In this document: positions 27,294 to 34,787 of the stretch, piece by piece
Numbering within the stretch: the stretch's first letter is position 1
Layout: every line of letters begins with the position of its first letter
Origin: an uncultured Clostridia bacterium
GTDB lineage: Bacteria > Bacillota > Clostridia > TANB77 > CAG-508
Assembly (NCBI GenBank): GCA_944393335.1
Contig: CALXZV010000002.1
Coordinates: 1 to 34,966 of the forward strand
DNA length: 34,966 nt
Direction of reading: 5' to 3'
Translations under genes and position numbers: made by a program
Notes under the pieces: generated by a model
The model's database searches: none
Told to the model about the DNA's origin: nothing
The model's input: only the letters and a program-made list of their open reading frames with translations

Positions 27294-28253
27294 TTATCTC
27301 CAAAATATTCTTAATATTTTCGTATAAATTTTAAAGCTAAAATTATTCATTGTCTTCATAAAAATACCATTTACTGTATTATTTTTCTTAAGTAGCTTAT
27401 TTTTCTTCCAATTAGGAAACTTAATATTTAAGTTTTGCCAAGTTTCAGTTAAAAGTAAGCTTCTTGTTACTTTGTCTGGTATTTGAATTATTCTTTTTAA
27501 CGAACTACATAATAGTATTCTTGCATAAGTGTATTCTATTTGAGTCTCGTATTCATTGTATAACCCTATTTTTTTATAATAGTTAATTACATTATCTAAT
27601 ACTTTAAATATTTGCTTTGTTCTTGCATCTTGCTTATTTACTATTGAATTACCTCTTTGCACATAGTATATAAGTGGTTCTTCTACAAAAGAAAAATTAT
27701 TTATATATGGTAATAGTTTATAGAAAAATTCTACATCTTCATAATACAAACCTACTGGAAATTCTATTTTTTTATTTATTATAATTTCTCTTTTAATAAG
27801 TTTATTCCAAGCAACTACTCTTGCTTTTTCAAACATTTCTTTTTTATCTTTATATCTAAAACCTACATCTATTTTTTCATTGTCAGGATATTTCCATATA
27901 AAATCACATTCAACATAATCACTATTTGTAGCTTTCGCTTTTTCATACATCTTTTGATAAATAGACCTATCTACATAATCATCTGAATCTAAAAATGCTA
28001 CATATTCTCCTGTTGCATATATTAATCCAAAATTTCTAGCACTAGATAATCCTCCGTTTTCTTTTTTTACATATATTATGTTTTTGTAATCTTTTTTAAA
28101 CTGTCTTATTATCTGTTCTGAATTATCTGTAGAGCCGTCATTTACTAATATTATTTCTAAATCATCAATAGTTTGATTTACTAATGATGTTAAACATCTA
28201 GTTATATATTTTTCAACATTATATACTGGAACTATAACACTTACTTTAGGCAT
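27294..28253 (-). CDS. GT2 glycosyltransferase
   Basis: 319 aa. Motifs VSVIVPVYNVEKYITRCLTSLVNQT, NDGSTD and LDSDD. Confidence 0.85.
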   Translation of the reverse strand: MPKVSVIVPVYNVEKYITRCLTSLVNQTIDDLEIILVNDGSTDNSEQIIRQFKKDYKNIIYVKKENGGLSSARNFGLIYATGEYVAFLDSDDYVDRSIYQKMYEKAKATNSDYVECDFIWKYPDNEKIDVGFRYKDKKEMFEKARVVAWNKLIKREIIINKKIEFPVGLYYEDVEFFYKLLPYINNFSFVEEPLIYYVQRGNSIVNKQDARTKQIFKVLDNVINYYKKIGLYNEYETQIEYTYARILLCSSLKRIIQIPDKVTRSLLLTETWQNLNIKFPNWKKNKLLKKNNTVNGIFMKTMNNFSFKIYTKILRIFWR

Positions 28254-28297
28254 TTTGCCTCCTTATATTTTTCATTTATTTATATCTTAATTTTTAA

Positions 28298-29224
28298 TTA
28301 GGAAATTTTTAAGTATAACTTTATATTTATAAGTAAAAGTATCTTTTTAATTAATTGTTTAATATTTCTAACCTTTATATTTCTATACACTTTTCTATTT
28401 TTAAGCTCTTGTATATACCATTTTTGTTCTTTTCCATTTAATTCATTTACTTTTAAAAGTATAGCATTTGTACAATATATACGTACATTTTCTTTTGTGA
28501 AGTTGCTTAAGTTGTAATTTTCTACCGTATTTATAATATTATCATAATGGTATAGGGCATCTTTTGCTTTTTTTATTGTTTTATCCATATTTTTTTCTCT
28601 CATTATGCTTTTGTCTGTTTGAACATAATAATATACGTAATTATCTAACGATACCATTTTATTTGCTTTTAAAATTAATAATGGAAGAAGGCCAAAATCT
28701 TCATGGTATCTATCTTTTTCAAAAAATAGGTTATTATCTATAAATAAACTTTTTTTGATTATATATGACCAAAGAGTATCTAAATATATATCTGTAAAAC
28801 ATAATTTATTAAAAGCATCTTCTCCTGTTGTTACATCAAAAATAGCACCTTTAATTTTTTCCTCTTTATTTTCTTTTACAATGATTCCTTTTCTTTTGAT
28901 TATATCTACACCTTCATTTATGTATTTATCTATTCCTTCAAAATAATTACTAGATACATAATCATCACTATCTACAAAAGTTATATAATCTCCTCTTGCT
29001 TTATCTATTCCAAAGTTTCTTGAATCTGCAACTCCTGTATTTACCTTTTTATAATATCTAATTTTATCTGATGCAAAAAGTTCAACTATTTTTTCGGTAT
29101 TATCTATAGAGCCATCATTAATAAGTATAATTTCATAATCATTATACTGTGTATCTAATATTGAATTTAAACATTTTTCAATTGTTTTTTCTGCATTATA
29201 TGCAGTTATAATGATACTAATCAT
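28298..29224 (-). CDS. GT2 glycosyltransferase
   Basis: 308 aa. Motifs ISIIITAYNAEKTIEKCLNSILDTQ, NDGSID and VDSDD. Confidence 0.85.
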   Translation of the reverse strand: MISIIITAYNAEKTIEKCLNSILDTQYNDYEIILINDGSIDNTEKIVELFASDKIRYYKKVNTGVADSRNFGIDKARGDYITFVDSDDYVSSNYFEGIDKYINEGVDIIKRKGIIVKENKEEKIKGAIFDVTTGEDAFNKLCFTDIYLDTLWSYIIKKSLFIDNNLFFEKDRYHEDFGLLPLLILKANKMVSLDNYVYYYVQTDKSIMREKNMDKTIKKAKDALYHYDNIINTVENYNLSNFTKENVRIYCTNAILLKVNELNGKEQKWYIQELKNRKVYRNIKVRNIKQLIKKILLLINIKLYLKIS

Positions 29225-29279
29225 GAATTATACTTGTATAGCAATGCTATACACTCCTTTCAATAACTTTTTATTATTT

Positions 29280-30389
29280 TTATCCAATAATATCTTTTAT
29301 CTTTTTTACAATATCCTTATTAAACTTTTCAGGATCAAACTTATTAGTTTTTATACCTTTTTCTAGAAAGTTTTTCATCCCCCTATATACACCCTTTTCA
29401 GAGTTTTCCACAACTTGTCCATATACTCCATCTATATCTTTTTTACTATCTGATACATCTGTTGTTATAATTGGTAGCCCTAAAATTTTGGCTTCTACAA
29501 ATACAACAGGATATCCTTCAAATTGCGAAGAAAGTAAAAAGCAATTGCTTAATTTAAAGTATGGATATGGATTCTTTTTTGCTCCTAACATTATTATATT
29601 ATCTAAGCCCTTTTCTTCAATTAATTTTTTATATTCCTTACTATTAGTTCCTTTTCCAACTAAAAGCACTTTAAACTTAAATCCATTTCTATTTAATTTA
29701 TAAGTAGCATCAATTATTCTTGAAATTCTTTTTTGCTTTTCATCATGTCTGCCTACATTTATAAAAATTGGTTCATTACTATCTTTTTTTAAACTTTCTC
29801 CAAATATTTCTTTAAGCTCTTTTTCTGGTATTTTTTCATTAGATAACTTTTTTATTTTTTCATAATCTATTAAGTTATTACAAACAACAGTATTCTTATT
29901 AAGCTCTGGAAATTGTGCAATAAATACTTTCTTATCTAAATCAGATACAAAAACTATTTTCTTAAAATCTTGTATTTTTAAACTATTAAAGAATTTTCTA
30001 TATTGTTTTATGTCATTATCATAAAAATTCATATAATTATTATGAATCCATATTGCGTTATTTTTACTAGCTACTCTTGCTACAAATGATGAAGGCATAC
30101 TGTATGTGGCAAAATCTGCTGAAAAGTCAAATTTATTTTTATATTTTACTTTAAATATTAATTGTTTAATAAAATTAACAAATTTTCTTATTAAAGTAAT
30201 TTTTATACTACTTGGAGTATATGTTATAACTTTAATTTCTTTTGGTAAGTCCTCTAAAAATACTCCCTGCTTTTTTTCTAAAACTAAAGTAATATCGTAT
30301 TCTTTTACTAAATATTTAAGTAAAGTAACTAGAGCTGTTTCTATTCCTCCAACATCTAGTGAATATGCAGAAAAAAGTATTTTTTTCAT
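29280..30389 (-). CDS. GT4 (GT-B) glycosyltransferase; first gene of the glycan operon
   Basis: 369 aa. Motifs DVGGIETALVTLLKYL, LVGKG and FEGYPVVFVEAKILGLPIITTD. SD GAGGT lies upstream of the ATG. Confidence 0.8.
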   Translation of the reverse strand: MKKILFSAYSLDVGGIETALVTLLKYLVKEYDITLVLEKKQGVFLEDLPKEIKVITYTPSSIKITLIRKFVNFIKQLIFKVKYKNKFDFSADFATYSMPSSFVARVASKNNAIWIHNNYMNFYDNDIKQYRKFFNSLKIQDFKKIVFVSDLDKKVFIAQFPELNKNTVVCNNLIDYEKIKKLSNEKIPEKELKEIFGESLKKDSNEPIFINVGRHDEKQKRISRIIDATYKLNRNGFKFKVLLVGKGTNSKEYKKLIEEKGLDNIIMLGAKKNPYPYFKLSNCFLLSSQFEGYPVVFVEAKILGLPIITTDVSDSKKDIDGVYGQVVENSEKGVYRGMKNFLEKGIKTNKFDPEKFNKDIVKKIKDIIG

Positions 30390-30471
30390 ATTAACCTCAC
30401 ATTTTTATTATTTTATTATTTATTAATAAATCAACTTATTTTACGCACTAAATATATCAAAAAATGCAAAA

Positions 30472-30511
30472 AAATACAAGTATTTCACTATAAAATGATA
30501 TACTTGTATTT
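30472..30511 (-). terminator. Rho-independent terminator candidate for the 423-aa secreted-protein gene
   Basis: 12-bp stem AAATACAAGTAT (30472-30483) / ATACTTGTATTT (30500-30511) with a 16-nt loop. On the minus strand it is followed by UUUUGCAUUUUUU. The stem is A/U-rich and therefore weak. Confidence 0.5.
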
Positions 30512-30554
30512 ATAAACACAATTTAAAAATATAATTAACTACAATCTTCGTTCT

Positions 30555-31826
30555 CTATTCAATAATCTCGTATGCTGTTTGGGCAGTTTTTCCATCTCCT
30601 GTACCCAATCTAGCGTTAGAATTTATTGTAACTACAGGAAATAATGGTAGACTGTCACTGCTACTATACATACCTGAATCTATCATATAACCTATTCTTG
30701 TTCCCACCTCTCCATTATATATTGTTGTAATAATAAAATGACAGTAATCATAGAATGTATCTACACATCGTGAGCTCATCCAATAAAATGTACTAGTTCC
30801 ATTTGGAAGAAATATATCATAGTAATTTCTTCCGTTTTCTAATTTTTTAAATGCCGTTTGTAAAAATGCATTACTTGCATACCAAAATGTCTGATATGGC
30901 TGTATACTTGTATTGGCCATAATATACCCAGTTGAATTTGTTGCTCCTTTATCATTTCTCCCTATTAGTCCATTTTGTTCACTTAATCCAAGACCACTTT
31001 CCTTTTTATTTCCATCTATTACACTAAGTTTTTCTTCTGCATAAATAATTGGATACTTTCTATTATTAATATATGCATTTCCTGTTTGATTTAAATATTT
31101 TGTTCCATTATATACAAGATTATTTGCTTCTTCTAATGCTGCTTCAGTCATCTTTGCTTTTAGATCTTCTACTTTTATACTTCTTGCTTCTATGTTTTTA
31201 CTGCTATCACCATATAAATTACTACATGCTTCATCTAATAATTGTACCCCATTATTATATCCTTGAGCTTCTCCTAAATATACTGTACCTTTAGTTGGTT
31301 CTGCTGGAACCAATTCTACTTTCCCATTTTCTTCATCAATTGATAATATTCTCCACTTTTCTATCTTGTAATTTGCATCTGAACTATTTAATATTACATC
31401 ATCAGTTTTAGGTGTTTTTACTGTTGAACAATATTCAGCTTGCCATGTATATGTCCCACTTGGCACATATTCTATATAATCTCCTATTTGGCACATACCT
31501 AATGTTCTATATGTTCCTGTTATTTTCTTTCCATCTACATATGCTGTTTTTCCATATATTATATCTTCGGGAGTTGCAGTTGCATCTGATGTATCTAAAT
31601 CTTCTAATGTTCCTGTTACTCCTCCTAATGTTATTCCTGCTTTTATATATTCTGGTAATAAGTTTCCATTATTTGAACTACCATTTGATGAATTATATTT
31701 ACCATTTGCTATATTTACTCTTATAGCGTTCATTCCTAATACTAAGCCAATTATTACTATTATCGTAATTATTGATATTAGTATAATTAACTTTTGTTTC
31801 TTACTCATCTTTTTCATTTTATACAT
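30555..31826 (-). CDS. Secreted or membrane-anchored protein of unknown function
   Basis: 423-aa ORF. The probable start is the ATG at 31817 (MKKMSKKQK), with AAAGGA 10 nt upstream; the first ATG abuts the SD. Features: N-terminal signal/anchor helix LIILISIITIIVIIGLVLG, an N/S-rich linker, the motif GGVTGT...ATATPEDIIYGKTAYVDGKKITGT, and a C-terminal region with YWMSSRC ... LFPVVTI. I recognised no enzymatic motif. Confidence 0.6.
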   Translation of the reverse strand: MYKMKKMSKKQKLIILISIITIIVIIGLVLGMNAIRVNIANGKYNSSNGSSNNGNLLPEYIKAGITLGGVTGTLEDLDTSDATATPEDIIYGKTAYVDGKKITGTYRTLGMCQIGDYIEYVPSGTYTWQAEYCSTVKTPKTDDVILNSSDANYKIEKWRILSIDEENGKVELVPAEPTKGTVYLGEAQGYNNGVQLLDEACSNLYGDSSKNIEARSIKVEDLKAKMTEAALEEANNLVYNGTKYLNQTGNAYINNRKYPIIYAEEKLSVIDGNKKESGLGLSEQNGLIGRNDKGATNSTGYIMANTSIQPYQTFWYASNAFLQTAFKKLENGRNYYDIFLPNGTSTFYWMSSRCVDTFYDYCHFIITTIYNGEVGTRIGYMIDSGMYSSSDSLPLFPVVTINSNARLGTGDGKTAQTAYEIIE

Positions 31827-31911
31827 TTCCTTTCAATATCTTATTCTTAATTTTCTGTTTTCTATATTAATTTTTATAATTCAACATTTTCTTATATACA
31901 TTGCACGCAAA

Positions 31912-31960
31912 AAGCTATGTACTTCAAGCGAATTTTAAATTCGCAAAAAATACATAGCTT
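31912..31960 (-). terminator. Long compound hairpin with a U-run, between the leader ORF and the 423-aa gene (terminator/attenuator candidate)
   Basis: Outer stem AAGCTATGTA (31912-31921) / TACATAGCTT (31951-31960). About 4 further U-A/U-G pairs are possible. Inner stem GCGAATT (31928-31934) / AATTCGC (31938-31944) has a 3-nt loop. The minus-strand 3' side reads AGCUUUUUGCG. Confidence 0.5.
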
Positions 31961-31996
31961 CTTTTCTATGTCTACATAATATTGTTTTATTAAATT

Positions 31997-32053
31997 CTAC
32001 GATATATATATATATATATATACAGCCTCAAGGCTTTCCGCGTTTTTTATCAT
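31997..32053 (-). CDS. Candidate 18-codon leader peptide MIKNAESLEAVYIYIYIS, reading through the (TA)10 tract
   Basis: SD AGGAG (32064-32060) lies 6 nt upstream of the ATG (32053-32051). The TAG stop is at 31999-31997. The last seven sense codons are encoded by the microsatellite. It is too short to assess by coding statistics. Confidence 0.3.
   Translation of the reverse strand: MIKNAESLEAVYIYIYIS
32002..32022. repeat. (AT/TA) dinucleotide microsatellite, 10.5 units
   Basis: An uninterrupted alternating ATATAT... tract of 21 nt is read directly at 32002-32022. Confidence 0.97.
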
Positions 32054-32075
32054 TTTTTACTCCTATTTTTTCTTT

Positions 32076-32104
32076 ATTCTATCATAAATATTTTTTATTC
32101 ACAA
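32076..32104 (-). promoter_or_regulatory. Candidate promoter for the leader ORF and secreted-protein transcript
   Basis: On the minus strand: TTGTGA (32104-32099), a 17-nt spacer, then TG-extended -10 TGATAGAAT (TAGAAT at 32081-32076). It lies about 12-15 nt upstream of the leader SD. Sequence match only. Confidence 0.35.
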
Positions 32105-32174
32105 TCAAATATTTTTGTCTTTTTTATGTTTATATCACTGTTTCTATCCATCTTTTTATTATTCATTTTTAACT

Positions 32175-32609
32175 TTATAACTCTAATTTAGCTAATTCTT
32201 CTTTACTTATATCTAGAATTTTACAAATATCTTCATTACTTTTCATTATTTCTCCGACCTCCTTATTATTTGGATCGTTTATGAATAATGCCCATTGTGC
32301 CTTTTTATTTTGCTTGTTTTTTTCATATTCGCTCCTTACTTTGGATAGTTCTATTATATCTATTTCAATTTTATCTGTCAATACGAGGTCTTGGTTATTT
32401 TCTTCTCTTAGCTTCCATTTTGTTTCCATTGCCTTTATTTCTTTTGTTAAATTTAAGTTATAATCTAGTATTGCTACCATTATAACTCTTTTAGCTTTTT
32501 CGTAGTCATCACCTCTTTTTATTTCATTTGAATATAGCTTTGAAAAGTAATAAAGCAATCTTTCTTGGATATTATTTAATGATTTATACTCAATTTTGAA
32601 GAATTTTAC
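32175..32609 (-). pseudogene. 5'-truncated Rpn / PD-(D/E)XK-family recombination-promoting nuclease (putative transposase) remnant
   Basis: The frame stays open upstream of the tracked TTG start and reads FKIEYKSLNNIQERLLYYFSKLYSNEIKRGDDYEKAKRVIMVAILDYNL. This matches the mid-to-C-terminal part of PDDEXK_2/Rpn proteins (IEIQ...LYYWSKLY...GD.Y). The N-terminal nuclease half (~120-150 aa) is absent, and the frame ends against the rpiA stop. Confidence 0.7.
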
Positions 32610-32615
32610 CCAAAA

Positions 32616-32626
32616 AGGAACGTCCC
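32616..32626. repeat. Fourth copy of the GC-rich core motif AGRAMCGTCCC
   Basis: AGGAACGTCCC abuts the rpiA stop codon at the truncation junction of the Rpn remnant. Compare 31-41, 63-73 and 1683-1693, all in the same orientation. Confidence 0.6.
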
Positions 32627-33267
32627 TATTGGGTTATTATTTCTATATTTTCATAATTTAAAAAAAGTCCAGATTCTATTACTCCTGTTATTTCTTTTAC
32701 CTTTTTTTCTAAGTCTTTTTCTATTTTCTCAAATTTTACATCTAATATTCCATTATTATTTTCTGTAAATCCTCTATATGTAATATCCTCTGCTCCTAAT
32801 TTCTTCAATTCATTAGATACATATTTAAGTGCTTGTGGAAATACTTCTATAGGTACTTTGCATTTTTGTCCTAGATAATCTACTATTTTAGTATTATCTA
32901 CTAAAATGTAAGTTATAGGTGAAGCAATTATATTTAACTTTTCCTTAAACATAGCAGCACCTTTTCCTTTTATAAGCCATTTATTTTTTAGTAATACTTC
33001 ATCTGCTCCATCAAATGCCCAATTAATCTCATTTTCTATTAAGTTTCCTATTTTTATTCCATACTTTTCGCAAACTTCTTTTATTTCATTAGATGTTGGA
33101 ATAGCTGTTATATCTAAGTGTTCTCTTTGTACTTTTTCTCCTATTTTTACTGCTGTTATATATGAAGTAGTTCCAGAACCAAAACCTATAACATCTCCAT
33201 CACTTACTTTATCTAATACTTTTTCTGCTAAAACTTCTTTTTCTTCTCTATTTTCTATATTATCCAT
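32626..33267 (-). CDS. rpiA: Ribose-5-phosphate isomerase A family protein
   Basis: 213 aa. Motifs, with E. coli RpiA equivalents in parentheses: IGFGSGTTS (GxGxGST), FDGADEV (DGADE), IKGKGAAMFKEK (KGGGGAL.REK), PIEVFP, TENNNGILDV, GVIESGLF. Confidence 0.88.
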   Translation of the reverse strand: MDNIENREEKEVLAEKVLDKVSDGDVIGFGSGTTSYITAVKIGEKVQREHLDITAIPTSNEIKEVCEKYGIKIGNLIENEINWAFDGADEVLLKNKWLIKGKGAAMFKEKLNIIASPITYILVDNTKIVDYLGQKCKVPIEVFPQALKYVSNELKKLGAEDITYRGFTENNNGILDVKFEKIEKDLEKKVKEITGVIESGLFLNYENIEIITQ

Positions 33268-33278
33268 AATAATCCTTT

Positions 33279-34586
33279 CTACATTTTAATTATACTTTCT
33301 ATATTACCAATACTATACAATGGTATATTAATTATTGCATCATCTTTTTTATAATTTGCCATTGATGTTCTTACATTAATTTTTGAATTATATTTTTGTA
33401 TAAACGACTTTAAGCTTTTTGCTTGAAGGCTTTCCCCTGATTTAACTTCTATTGGAACATTATCTTTTCCTATTTGAGTTATAAAATCCAACTCTGCTAT
33501 TCCAGTTTCTGATGACCAATAAAATACATCTAATTGTGTGCATTCTTTTAATTGACAAAGTACATATTGTTCTGTTAGGCTTCCCTTAAATTCTTTAAAA
33601 ACATCGTTTCCATCTAGCAATGTTTTTATATCTACTCCAGCCATAGCACAAAGCAAACCAACATCTAAAAGATATAACTTAAAAGCATTAAAGTCTTGAT
33701 ATGCTGAAAGTGGAACTTTACTGTTATTAACTCTATTAACTTGATACACAAGTCCACAATCTATTAACCAAGATAAAGCTATTTCATATTCTCTAGCTCT
33801 AGCTCCTTCTCTTACTAAACCATAGATAAACTTTTTCTTTTCTTTTGCAAGCTGAGTAGGAATATTATTCCATAATTGCCTTATTCTTTGAACAATATTA
33901 CTTGGTGCATGTTTTGAAAAATCTTGCTCATATGCTTCTAGTAATTTTTTTTGTATATCTCGAACTTCTAATAAATTCTTGTTTTGTACATAAGAATTAA
34001 CTACTTCTGGCATACCACCTATGTATAAATATAGTTTCAAATATTCCTTTAGTTTATTATCAAATACATTTATCATATCAAAATCATTATTTAATAGTAA
34101 ATTTAATAATTGCTCTTCTCCTAGAGCTTCCATAAATTCAAAAAAACTTAATGGTGTTAAATCTAGAAAATCTACTTTTCCAACTGGAAATGAAGTTCCT
34201 TCGTGTATAGCCACACCTAAAAGTGAACCAGCTGATATTATATGATACTCCCTTGCATTTTCATTAAAATATTTTAATGCCTTTAATGCTTTAGGATTTT
34301 CCTGAATTTCATCAAAAATTAATAATGTATTTTCCGGCTCTATCTTAACACCTGATTCAATTTCTAAACCTTGAATAATTCTATTCAAATCAAAGTCTTC
34401 TTCAAAAAGTTTACTCATTCTAGTATTATCGTCAAAATTTATATATGCACACTTTTCATAATACTTTTTTCCAAACTCTTTCATTAGCCATGTTTTTCCG
34501 ACTTGCCTTGCTCCTCTTATTATTAGAGGTTTTCTATTCTTTGATTCCTTCCATTTTTTTAGTTCTTCTATTTTATTTCTATACAT
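33279..34586 (-). CDS. AAA-family ATPase with C-terminal DUF4143-like domain
   Basis: 435 aa. Walker A GARQVGKTW, Walker B LLIFDEIQ, and a C-terminal region (DVFYWSSETGIAELDFI ... PIEVKSGE) typical of the AAA_14 + DUF4143 architecture. Confidence 0.8.
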   Translation of the reverse strand: MYRNKIEELKKWKESKNRKPLIIRGARQVGKTWLMKEFGKKYYEKCAYINFDDNTRMSKLFEEDFDLNRIIQGLEIESGVKIEPENTLLIFDEIQENPKALKALKYFNENAREYHIISAGSLLGVAIHEGTSFPVGKVDFLDLTPLSFFEFMEALGEEQLLNLLLNNDFDMINVFDNKLKEYLKLYLYIGGMPEVVNSYVQNKNLLEVRDIQKKLLEAYEQDFSKHAPSNIVQRIRQLWNNIPTQLAKEKKKFIYGLVREGARAREYEIALSWLIDCGLVYQVNRVNNSKVPLSAYQDFNAFKLYLLDVGLLCAMAGVDIKTLLDGNDVFKEFKGSLTEQYVLCQLKECTQLDVFYWSSETGIAELDFITQIGKDNVPIEVKSGESLQAKSLKSFIQKYNSKINVRTSMANYKKDDAIINIPLYSIGNIESIIKM

Positions 34587-34702
34587 ATAACAACTCCTTT
34601 AAACCTTGGATTATATTATATATAATACCATAATTTTCACAAAAAGTAAATGAGTTTTTATATTTATCTTCACCTTTTGGTAATCACTTTTATATAATTT
34701 TG

Positions 34703-34787
34703 CACATTTTAATAACGACTTTTTGTTATTATTATCACATTTTGATAATGACTTTTAAAATTATTTATACATTTATATAATAACTTT
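34703..34787. repeat. Three ~21-nt direct repeats at a 32-33-nt period (iteron/operator-like array)
   Basis: CACATTTTAATAACGACTTTT (34703-34723), CACATTTTGATAATGACTTTT (34736-34756) and TACATTTATATAATAACTTT (34768-34787). A partial related box, TAATCACTTTT, is at 34681-34691. Confidence 0.7.

Noticed and set aside
33279-34586. The DUF4143 AAA ATPase as the core of an anti-phage defence system
   Set aside because: It is a single gene with no adjacent nuclease, methylase or effector partner; the neighbour is an RpiA-family enzyme. This family is widespread in non-defence contexts, so the evidence is insufficient.
178-34633. All plus-strand ORFs in the six-frame track (for example 178-510, 8976-9380, 14970-15410, 18753-19202, 30106-30426, 31412-31726)
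   Set aside because: Each lies entirely antisense within a minus-strand gene that has clear family motifs. Their translations are low-complexity L/F/I/S-rich strings with no recognisable motifs and no SD sequences, as expected for shadow ORFs in AT-rich DNA.
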